The position numbers and the translations under genes were made by a program. From positions 20,648,001 through 20,712,000 of the forward strand of contig NC_087252.1 in NCBI RefSeq assembly GCF_037042905.1: DNA of 64,000 bases, written 5' to 3'. This DNA comes from Lytechinus pictus (lineage: Eukaryota). Every line of letters begins with the position of its first letter. Position 1 is the first letter of the stretch. Of this stretch, positions 52,741 to 64,000 are shown piece by piece. The notes under the pieces were generated by a model. The model was not told the origin of the DNA. It saw only the letters and a program-made list of their open reading frames with translations, and made no database searches.

Positions 52741-55600
52741 GTAGTACTTATAGTAGTGAAAGAACTTTGAATAATATTAGTAGTTTGAAATGGATAGGTT
52801 GCATTCTGGTAATATAAACAATTCAGAATGGGTCTTTACTGAGGTCTGGGCTATGTAACATACATGCCTACAGACATACATAAGACAATAAGAAATAATG
52901 GATTTCTATTGAAAAATGTGCATACTAAAAAAACAATGTGACAGAATAAAGGACTAAGAAATCACTCTCACTCCTGGACCCCATTTCATTAAGACTAACC
53001 ACTACTCTAACTTTGCCATTCTGGTAATTACCATGGAAACATCAAAGCAACATATCAACATTGGGGTTCCCATGCTAGCTGCTAGTTACATTTTGGGCCA
53101 ATTTACCATAATTGAAGTCTTTATGAAACAAGGACCTGTATGTAGTGCTGGACATTAAGCTGTTGAATTCATTTTTTTTGGGGGGGGGAAGTGAAAAGTT
53201 GCACTATTTTTTTCGTTTTTAATCTCTTTGTTTTTTTTAACACTGTATTGTCCATGTCCCGTATTATGAACTACCGGTAGATTAGCTCTGCAAATTAAAA
53301 AAAATTGTTGGAAATAGAACACAGCTCTATGAGCACTTCACAACAATAGACAATAAGCAACTATGTTACTGATTTACTCATGTGCAGATTTGGGAAGGCA
53401 CACTTTAGAGAAATGTGGCAATGTGCTCCCCTTTTTTGTGAAGTGCCCCCAATTAGATTAGCATGATATTTGTTGTCAGCAAAATGCTGGAAAAAAAATG
53501 ATTTGATATTTGCGTAACTGACTTTGAGAGAGAGGTATATCGATTAGGAGGAGGATATCGTATATCTTTTTTATTAATGGCATCCTTGATGCCCCCTTAT
53601 ATTGACTATATAAGGCTTATTAATAACTATGAAAGTGAATATACATACTTATTTTTTTTCCCGATTTTTTTTTTCTAGATTTTACCCAAAAAAATTACAT
53701 CCCCTTTATTGTCATGATTGTATTTCTGTTGCACTCATTATATACATTGTGCTGATGTAATGTGATGCTTTGGTAAGAAAAAAAGGAAACAAATATTTTT
53801 ATCATGTATTCAAAAATTGATTAATTAATAAACATTTTAATTTGAAATATTACCTAGAGTCTAATCTTGATATTCGTGATTTATTTAATCCACCAATTTA
53901 TATGCGCGAAAGATATGTGATGATGATGTTATTGCTACCAAACTGTGTTGTGATTAAATGGCACTGAAGATTACTTCTATATGACTGGAATATGATGGTG
54001 CTACTGATTGATTGATTGATTGATTTTGTATGTCGGGTATCCATGGGTATAATAATAGTACAGGTAAGAGTATAACACAAAGTATCAAAATACCACGTGT
54101 GGCAAGATAGCCCATAAAGAGCCCATAAGAGATAAATGAGTTTGATTTAAAAGTGGGATAGATATAAAAATGATATGAGACTAATTGTTTGCTCGCATGA
54201 TTATGTGGAATATGTGTGTGTGGAAGAGATAGAGAGGGAATAGAGCGAATACATGTGGGGGGAGGGGGTACTGGGCTGTCTTTTGCTCCCATCCCAAACT
54301 CAGAATTTTGTTTAATCTTCATAAGATTTGCACCAGATTGTTCATTTCAATTTCCAAATAAAGACAAAATGACCTGATTGCTCTCTTGCTCAGATTTCTC
54401 TGATCATTTTAAGTATTTACCCCACCCCCCAAAAAAAAAAAATAATAATAATAATAATAATAATTGTGGCTATTCATGATGTGTGATGAAAATAATAGGC
54501 AGTGATGAATAGAGCAAGCAGATCCCTAAGTTCAATCCTACTAATGAATCCCTTGTAAGCTTCCATAATGTCTTCCAGGGAAATAGCTAGCAAATAAATT
54601 AGTGAATTAATTGATGTACGTATAGTGATAATCGCGACAGACAATTAAAAATATGTAAACAAGAAAAGATGAATAAACAACTGAATACCTGGGGGTGAAC
54701 GGGGGAATGATCAATGACATAAATTTACCAAAGACGCAGCTCTATGAATTCATTTCATATTCAGTCACGTCGCGTATTATGCTAATTTGTGACAATATGC
54801 TTATTTGCATATTTTTACGCTGTGCGCGCAGGCCAATTATTACCACGCCTCCGTTTCGCTGGTGTGCCAAGAAGTTGCGGTGTCCATAGGCTTGTACACG
54901 AAAAATGGGAGCAGTGTGCACTTTTGACCTTCCAAAATTTCCCCATGTCTGACTGGATGCAGAAGCGGAGTTTCACCCCCCTGCCAAATAGATATAGTTT
55001 TACTAATTAAAAGACTTTCTCTTACTTAGGTATACACTTTGTTATATATCTTGAAAATTTGATGAAGTTTGATGCGGTATCTACTGAGTAAAGGTGATTT
55101 AAACCCATTTGGTGAATTCGTGAGGTCTAAGAGAGGCATATTTCTCTTGATTGCGCAAGATTGCATATCATTCAAATACGGCGGCTTTGAAGAACCGTAG
55201 AAAAAAAATAAGCACATGAACCTATATTATCTTTTGCATTTTCATAATGCATAGATACCAGAGTAATTCTCTGCAAAATTTGGTGAAAATGACATTGACT
55301 TCATTTTAACTGTGGAACGTCCTTAAGTACTTAGCCAAAAGGTATATTTAAAAGGGGGAGTGTTATATATTTGCATAAGCAGATGAGAGGAGTCTACCCT
55401 ATGATAGTTAAGGATACACGCTATCAAATTTAGGTCCGTTCCATAAAGAATCTACTGAAGGAGATGGTTTTCTTATCGCGTACTACAACATGAATATAAA
55501 TGACAGTCTTTGTCATGTATCCGTTCTATTACAGCATTATGAGTAAAGCAAGTGCGATCATTTCATACATGACATACAGTACAATAACTACCACAGTATG

Positions 55601-58600
55601 CTATGAGGCGCCGAATGTACCAATATTATATAGAACAATTATTTGTTATATAATCATTATTTATTAAATAATAACTATTATTTATATATAATTTACATTT
55701 TATTTGTAAATAACTACTATTATATAAAATATCATTTCTAATTATTTATATATAATTCCAAGTAATACTTCATTATTTGTAAATAATAATAGTTCGACAA
55801 TCCATTATTTATAAATAATGATTATTTGTTTTTCATTATTTATAAATAATGATTGTTTGTTTTTTATTATTTATAAATAATGATTATTTGTTTTTCATTA
55901 TTTATAAATAATGATTATTTGTTTTTCATTATTTACAAATAATGATTATTAGTTTTTCATTATTTATAAATAATGATTATTTGTTTTTCATTATTTATAA
56001 ATAATTTGTTGAGTTTTCCATTATGTATAAATAATGATTATTTGTTAAATAATGAAAACGTCTACTTCATTATTTATAAATAATTTTTTCGAGTGCACCA
56101 TTATTCTCATTATTTATAAATAATCATTATTTAATGTTCGAGTTTTCCATTATTTATAAATAAAGATTATTTGTTAAATAATGAAATATCTACTTCATTA
56201 TTTATAAATAATAATTTTGTTTCAATATCCCATTATTTATAAATAATCATTATTTATAAACAATTTTTACAGTTTGCCATTATATACAAATAATCATTAT
56301 TTATATACAAATAACCATTATTTATTAAATAATGCCATTATTTATTAAATAATGCCATTATTTATTAAATAATGGAAAACTCGCTATAACATGCAAATGT
56401 GGGACCGCCCATGATATGAATATTCATGATGCGATTTCCTTTTTCGTGATTTTTCTTCACGAATTTTTGTCCATTTCCTCTTCATAATGACATTTCTTGA
56501 AGCAATTTTCTAGGGATATGGTCTGATTGTAATATTCTTCATTTTCTATATAACTTCGTCTTCGTAGAAATATCAAAAAGTGTAATTTTATACGATTTTT
56601 CCTACAGTTCACAATCCCCATAGGCGCGCGTGTACGGTAGGGACAACCGGTGAATCGACGGAGTGCTCTTCATCGAAATACTACGTTGGTTGGTCCCCGG
56701 AAGTGGCGGGCGGAATTTAGCCCGAATCCTCGATGGAAGTCGATCAAGTGCATATGAGCTGAGAGAGTGAAATATCAGTGTACTTGTACAGGCCCTTCTA
56801 CTTTTTATAAATATTTCTTGTTGCTTTTTTTGTTAAGTTAATTTTTCCTGGTGTAGAGATAAGTTTCAGTTCTAATAATGCACTTCAAATACATTTTGGA
56901 GTGTCTGTTTGAGGCGTTTGGGGCGATTTCACCCTGGCCCCAAAATGCTCGCAACGACAATACGGGGGCATGATGACCCCTAAATTTTTAAAAACTTATT
57001 TTTCTATTGAAAATTATCACAAAATTCACCAAAAGTGTGCACGAAAGCCTTTATATTTCACTTTTAAAACTCAAAAAAGTGCCCAAATGACAAGCTTGGT
57101 CGCTTCGCTGTCGCTTTCAACTTGAGAACGTTTACGCGTCTGCTTCGATATATCCCCCCCCCCCCTCCTCCGAAAGAAATTCTGTATACGGCCATGCTCT
57201 AAAGAGCCTGGCACATTGATTTATGTATACTTTCATTTTCATTATTTTTTATCTCATTATCAACATGGCCTTACGCAGAATTTTTTCCAGGGGGGGCGGG
57301 GCCGGAGCATGACGCGCGTAAACTTTCTCAAAAAAATCTTGAAAGCGAGACAGCCACGGGACCAAGCCCAAATGACAAGCTTGGTCGCTTCGCTGTCTCG
57401 CTTTCAACTTGTGAACGTTTACGCGCGTCTGCCCCCACCCCCCGAAAGAAATTCTGTGAACGGCCATGCTCAAAAGAGCATATGGCACATTGATTTATTT
57501 GTACTTTTCATTTTCATTATTTTTATCACATTATCATCATGGCCTTACGCATAATTTTTTCCAAGGGGGGGGGGGTGGGGGGAGCAGGACACGCGTAAAC
57601 TTTCTCAAGTTGAAAGCGAGACAGCGAAGCGACCAAGCTTGTCATTTGGGCTTGGTCGCGTCGCTGTCTCGCTTTCAAGATTTTTTTGAGAAACTTTACG
57701 CGCGTCCTATAGCTGCTCCCCCCCCCCCCCCCCCCCCCGGTAAAAATTCTGTGTAAGGCCATGATGATACGGTGATAAAAATAATGAAATAATGAAAAGT
57801 ACAAATAAATCAATGTGCCATATGCTCTTTTGAGCATGGCCGTTCACAGAATTTCTTTCGGGGGGTGGGGGCAGACGCGCGTAAACGTTCTCAAGTTGAA
57901 AGCGAGACAGCGAAGCGACCAAGCTTGTCATTTGGGCTTGGTCCCGTGGCTGTCTCGCTTTCAAGATTTTTTTGAGAAAGTTTACGCGCGTCATGCTCCG
58001 GCCCCGCCCCCCCTGGAAAAAATTCTGCGTAAGGCCATGTTGATAATGAGATAAAAAATAATGAAAATGAAAGTATACATAAATCAATGTGCCAGGCTCT
58101 TTAGAGCATGGCCGTATACAGAATTTCTTTCGGAGGAGGGGGGGGGGATATATCGAAGCAGACGCGTAAACGTTCTCAAGTTGAAAGCGACAGCGAAGCG
58201 ACCAAGCTTGTCATTTGGGCACTTTTTTGAGTTTTAAAAGTGAAATATAAAGGCTTTCGTGCACACTTTTGGTGAATTTTGTGATAATTTTCAATAGAAA
58301 AATAAGTTTTTAAAAATTTAGGGGTCATCATGCCCCCGTATTGTCGTTGCGAGCATTTTGGGGCCAGGGTGAAATCGCCCCAAACGCCTCAAACAGACAC
58401 TCCAAAATGTATTTGAAGTGCATTATTAGAACTGAAACTTATCTCTACACCAGGAAAAATTAACTTAACAAAAAAAGCAACAAGAAATATTTATAAAAAG
58501 TAGAAGGGCCTGTACAAGTACACTGATATTTCACTCTCTCAGCTATATGCACTTGATCGACTTCCATCGAGGATTCGGGCTAAATTCCGCCCGCCACTTC

Positions 58601-59743
58601 CGGGGACCAACCAACGTAGTATTTCGATGAAGAGCACTCCGTCGATTCACCGGTTGTCCCTACCGTACACGCGCGCCTATGGGGATTGTGAACTGTAGGA
58701 AAAATCGTATAAAATTACACTTTTTGATATTTCTACGAAGACGAAGTTATATAGAAAATGAAGAATATTACAATCAGACCATATCCCTAGAAAATTGCTT
58801 CAAGAAATGTCATTATGAAGAGGAAATGGACAAAAATTCGTGAAGAAAAATCACGAAAAAGGAAATCGCATCATGAATATTCATATCATGGGCGGTCCCA
58901 CATTTGCATGTTATAGCGAGTTTTCCATTATTTAATAAATAATGGCATTATTTAATAAATAATGGCATTATTTAATAAATAATGGTTATTTGTATATAAA
59001 TAATGATTATTTGTATATAATGGCAAACTGTAAAAATTGTTTATAAATAATGATTATTTATAAATAATGGGATATTGAAACAAAATTATTATTTATAAAT
59101 AATGAAGTAGATATTTCATTATTTAACAAATAATCTTTATTTATAAATAATGGAAAACTCGAACATTAAATAATGATTATTTATAAATAATGAGAATAAT
59201 GGTGCACTCGAAAAAATTATTTATAAATAATGAAATAGACGTTTTCATTATTTATAAATAATGGAAAACTCAACAAATTATTTATAAATAATGAAAAACA
59301 AATAATCATTATTTATAAATAATGAAAAACTAATAATCATTATTTGTAAATAATGAAAAACAAATAATCATTATTTATAAATAATGAAAAACAAATAATC
59401 ATTATTTATAAATAATGAAAAACAAATAATCATTATTTGTAAATAATGAAAAACAAATAATCATTATTTATAAATAATGAAAAACAAATAATCATTATTT
59501 ATAAATAATGAAAAACAAATAATCATTATTTATAAATAATGGAATGTCGAACTATTATTATTTACAAATAATGAAGTATTACTTGGAATTATATATAAAT
59601 AATTAGAAATGATATTTTATATAATAGTAGTTATTTACAAATAAAATGTAAATTATATATAAATAATAGTTATTATTTAATAAATAATGATTATATAACA
59701 AATAATTGTTCTATATAATATTGGTACATTCGGCGCCTCATAG
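55601..59743. mobile_element. 4.1-kb foldback element with inverted arms of about 2 kb
   Basis: Termini ctatgaggcgccgaatgtacc and its exact inverse; mirror-image ORFs (57216/58087, 57249/58054); tatg repeated directly outside both ends. Confidence 0.95.
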
Positions 59744-60909
59744 TATGCACCCAAGTATAACTTCCGATGAAAAGAAATAAATTGACAGGGCAAAGTCTAC
59801 ATTATTTAGTCACATTGAATACATTTGCCTCAACGACTGGGTCTATATAGTCATGATAGTATTAAAACATATGCATGTGCGCCTAGTACAGGTTCAGGCG
59901 ATCGCGACTATAGGCCCCTTTTGTAGTGGCCCAATGTAATCTAAGTCCAGGGCCATGTGCTACTTTGTTTCCATGACATTTGCTCCGGCGACAATTGCTC
60001 CGATGGAATTCAATCTGAACATCTGCGAAACATAAAATCTAATCTCCAAAACTAGATTAATCCTAATCGTTACATTAACCAACCATTACAATCCTAGCTC
60101 TAATATCCTATGCCTTCTGAGATATTAAGACCGGGGGAGCGTTTCATGAAAGGACTTGTCGGACGTTTTATCCCACAAGTCCTGTTTTATCCGACAGTTA
60201 CCAAAGTAACAATGCTTCTCAGCCAATCAAAATCAAGGAAAGTTGTCAGGTCTGACAACTTGTCGGACAGAAATGTTGATGAAACGCTCCCCGGAGCAAT
60301 GGTCGCAGAAGCAAATGTCGTGTCACCACTACTTTCAACTCCCAACAAGGGTCTCGAAATGATTCCAACAAAATAGAAAGTGGGAAGTGGTGAGAGTTTA
60401 GAGCTTGTGTAAATTCATATACATGCAGGAGGAAATTCCCCCGTGGAAATTCCATTGTATGTCCATGGAAGTTATGTGTTAAAATTGTCTGGGAGCTTTG
60501 TTTAATATTCAGCTTGATCCTGAAAAGTATGAACAGCTTTCCGTAATTTGCATTGTTATTAAAAGTGATGGTAGACCTCAGCTGTGTAATTAAACGATAC
60601 TGCGGTAGTGTCTTGTCTGTGTCGTTAGAAATCAAAACCTTAACTTGAACACGAACATGAGAATCCCGGGATGAGAATATACAAGGTCATAAAGCATAAT
60701 TATATACTTCTAATCAGTAATTTGCCGTTCAGATTAAATGTCGCTCTCCCTCCCCGCACACACACGCACACACCCACAGCCCTAACACGCACTCCCGCAA
60801 AGATGCACACTCTTATGCAGTGTATTATACATGTAGCTTTATGACCTCGACACATAGGCTAGCTACGCGCCATTCCCATTTTGCTCCCTCTTTTACTCCC
60901 GGTTGGCTT

Positions 60910-61094
60910 TAGTCTGCTATGCAGACTCTGAATGGCTCGTGAAGTGGGATCTGCAGCTGGTTTGCGAAGCAAACCAGCCTCCAGTAGACCTCCAGTAGAC
61001 CTAGTAGACCTCCAGTAGACCTAGTCTGCTGTGCAGACTCCTTGAATCAGCTGTGATACACACACTGCAGATGTGGGTCTACAGTTGTAGACTA
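60910..61094. mobile_element. AcademH-like non-autonomous element
   Basis: tagtct..agacta termini with short internal palindromes; 9-bp TSD ggttggctt. Confidence 0.65.
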
Positions 61095-61866
61095 GGTTGG
61101 CTTTGCGCCAAGTAGGAACAGATGCATATAAATATTCATGCCAAGTTCATGCCAGAAATGTGAACAAAAGACCCACACAGTGAATAATGCAGCTCAACCG
61201 ACCTTAGATATCAGGCAAAATGTGCAAGCCATAAATGTATAACATTGAATATTCGGTAGTTTGGGCTTACATGACATCCAGACATTTGACTTTGCTTTTA
61301 TTAATGCTCGATGCCATGAAAGGGTTTGAGTGACATTATGTGTCATACGCATGGGCGGAAATCCCAGGGGGGACAGGGGGGACGTGTCCCCCCTACTCAA
61401 AATAGTAGGAGGGACACAATATCAAATGTCCCCCCTACTATTTTTGGTCTTTTATGATGGTAAGAAATACATCATTATAAATCGAAATAACACATGTATT
61501 TTGGGACGAGATGAACTTACTTAGACGATGATAACCATTTTTTTTGCTTGTCAAATTTTCCCGCCCCTTGTCCCCATAGGCGGAGCTAGGGTGATTTACA
61601 TATCTTGTTCAATATGGAGTTCGAATATCAAGTTTGGAAGTCAATATACAAAACATATTTCACCTCGGAACTCGAACTTTCATTATTTTGTGTTATTTAC
61701 AAATTGGTTTTTAAAAAGTGCTCTGTAAAAATGTCAGTTTTATGGTCTGAATGTTAACATTTGCTGCTTGCGCTGCGCGCTCGCAAATTTTGATTTATCA
61801 GGTACCTATTATTTTCGTGTATTCCATAAAAACTCGACGTTTCGGGCAGGTTGACTGTCCGTCTTC

Positions 61867-61907
61867 ACTCCTGAAGACGGACAGTCAACCTGCCCGAAAC
61901 GTCGAGT
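61867..61907 (+). ncRNA. Minimal type-I hammerhead ribozyme of Penelope-like-element type
   Basis: ACUC-CUGAAGA-[stem II]-GAAA-C-GUC-GAGU; both conserved core boxes, GUC cleavage triplet and stem I ACUC/GAGU are present. Confidence 0.75.
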
Positions 61908-62029
61908 CTCTCAACTGCTTCTACTCATCATCTCCACTCGCCGACTCAAGCCAGCAACTCCTCATCCATCCTACTACTCAAGCTGTTTCTTCAACTCATC
62001 AAACTCTTCTGGTTTACAGTCCTTTTCAG

Positions 62030-63485
62030 CAGGCGCGTAGCCAGGGGGGGCGGTGGGGGCGGTCGCCCCCCAAAACGTCCCCAAAAAGAAAAAAAAAGAA
62101 GGGAAAAAAGAGAGGAGAAAAGGAAAAGCGAAGGGAGGAAAGGGAAGAAAGGTATAGCTTTGTGGGTTTTTCTTTTTATTCTTTATTTTTTTCTCAAAAA
62201 AGAAACTCCGTGACTCTTGCTCTAAATTTATATATATGAATTTTGCTTCCGCGCTGCGCGCGGTTAATGACAATGTTGCAGTTCTCCTTTGTTTCCCTCA
62301 CCCTTTCTCTAACCCTGTTTTTTCACCTCAGCTATATGTGTTTCTTGCCAGTTAAAGTTCAAATGTATACATTAGGGCATGGAATTAGAGTAATGTTATG
62401 CCGAAGTATATGAATTTATCTTTTTTTAAATTGATCGCGCAACTTCTGGTCGGGTCGGCTCCGGGCGGGTAAAATCTTTTTCTCAATTTCTGCCGTCACC
62501 TCCATAGAGGCAACTTCTCCCGCTTTTTCAGCTCATTACTACACAACCATGCATAATTTGGGGGCAAACAGGATCCTAATTTAAAAAGAGGAAGGTATAA
62601 AATTCGTGTCGTATTAAATAAAAAAAAGTACAATATTTTTTATCCAATTCTATTCAACTTCATGTCATTTCCCTGCACATTCATCTCCTGTCCCGTTTTG
62701 CGCCCTCAGTTTGAAATTTTGAATGACACTTACGTTTCTTTATCATTCAAAGTGAAGCGCATCGGGATAAGTGAAAGAAATTATACATCATCCTGTTTTA
62801 TATAATTTCAATAATCACAGAAGTTTCAACTTTTTGCGCACTATTTTCCTTGTAATGAAGTTCAATAATCTTAGAAAATTAATTGAATTAGAGCTGATGG
62901 GGGTATTAGAGATATCTGCATTTGATGAAACGTCCGCCCTTTGAAATTTCAGAGTTTCATTGCTCTGCGCGGGGAGGAATATCTTCCTCCCGGCATATAT
63001 CCTTCTCCTCTGTTTTGCGAGTTAAGATATGCACTGTCGCTAAATTGTTTGTAATCAAATCTGATCTTTCCAAGGGAAGTATTCAATATAACTTAGAAAA
63101 TAACCTTTTCTCGGGACCATTTTCTTTGCAAAAAAAAAATATAAAACGCTTTAGCTTCCGCGCTTCGCGCAGGGTTAATATTATTTTTAATTTCCTACAT
63201 TTTATCCCTATTTTGTTCGTTTTACAATCACTTTTGAAAACAAGGTTCAAAATCACAATATATTCAAATGAATTGGAGCTGATATAGGTACTAGAGACAA
63301 GGGAGGCGGCTCCTTTTTATTTTAATTTATGAAACATCGAAAGCTTCGCGCTTCGCGCGGGAGGGGGAAACTTCCCCTCCCTGCACCCACCCCCTAGGGA
63401 GCGCGCTTCGCGCGCTCTGTAAGTGTTGCCACGCTTCGCGTGCATTTACCGCCCCCTCCAAAATGAAATCCTGGCTACGCGGTTG
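62030..63485. mobile_element. hAT-type non-autonomous element, 1.46 kb
   Basis: caggcgcgtagccagg / cctggctacgcggttg TIR; 8-bp TSD cttttcag. Confidence 0.9.
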
Positions 63486-64000
63486 CTTTTCAGGACTACT
63501 TTCAAGAAAGGAATACTCTACTCTCAAATCTCCACTTTCTCGCCTATCCAATTCCTTTTCTTCCTCTTTCCACTGTTTCTATAACACTCCACATGGTGTA
63601 CCGTAATTAACCACATCAGCGATTGTACATGCCACCATTCAAACCTTCAAACAACATCACGCTCACGCATGTTTATTCAGATACTCAACTTGTTCTCTGA
63701 TTTAAATCATTACCCAGTTTCAGATCACAATATCAAAAATTTTCTGCTCGCGCTTTGTGCTCGCATTATTAATGTAGGAAGACCCCATATTACTCATCCT
63801 TTTGATGATTTACAAAACATGAACAGAGTGGGCCATTTTTAGGTCTATAAATCTCGATTTTTTGCTGCTCGCGCTTCGCGCTCGCATCAATCGTTAAATT
63901 ATATAGCTATCCTGTTCACGATTACAAAAACTGATTAAAAATTTCAATTCTTATGAATACGCAGGATGTGTATCTCGCTAAAACGAATAATGAATTTTTT

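Larger units (their letters stand above)
46669..55322. mobile_element. 8.65-kb Kolobok-like non-autonomous DNA transposon
   Basis: Perfect 16-bp TIR ggacgttccacagtta; TTAA on both sides; internal tandem array of about 240-bp units; no transposase ORF. Confidence 0.85.
61832..63660 (+). mobile_element. Penelope-like pseudo-LTR remnant with inverted 5' tip, interrupted by a hAT insertion
   Basis: 36-bp inverted duplication of the ribozyme, followed by pyrimidine-rich sequence that resumes after 63493. Confidence 0.55.

Noticed and set aside
57216..58087. Mirror-image ORFs on both strands
   Set aside because: A consequence of the palindrome; no recognisable protein motifs
60246..60660. Candidate first (signal-peptide) exon
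   Set aside because: No ATG plus hydrophobic segment ending in a phase-1 donor was found; the first exon is unidentified and may lie outside the window
61176..61203. CACAGTG heptamer as a RAG recombination signal near a V-type Ig gene
   Set aside because: No ACAAAAACC-like nonamer at 12 or 23 spacing, and it is not adjacent to any Ig exon

Overview
AT-rich, repeat-dense eukaryotic (animal) DNA; the repeat families and gene style suggest a marine deuterostome, probably a sea urchin (inference). Most tracked ORFs are spurious. By reading splice sites I assembled one minus-strand gene of 20 coding exons from 46017 to 9479 (3794 nt, one open frame, about 1264 aa). Its signal-peptide exon was not found. 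The predicted protein is a type-I membrane receptor: V-type Ig, second Ig, Thr-rich stalk, transmembrane helix, a cytoplasmic array of 4 convincing and up to about 4 more divergent death-domain-like modules (mostly one per phase-1 exon), and an acidic low-complexity tail. The rest is mobile DNA: hAT, Kolobok-like (TTAA), Tc1/mariner-like, EnSpm-like, Harbinger-like and AcademH-like non-autonomous elements, a decayed L2/CR1 LINE and tRNA-derived SINEs. Larger structures are an 81-bp minisatellite with an 861-bp SINE-containing higher-order repeat, a 4.1-kb foldback palindrome, an 8.65-kb TTAA-flanked element, a Penelope-type hammerhead ribozyme in a perfect 36-bp hairpin, and a 2.2-2.6-kb direct duplication. 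Domain and family names come from reading motifs by eye, not from database searches.
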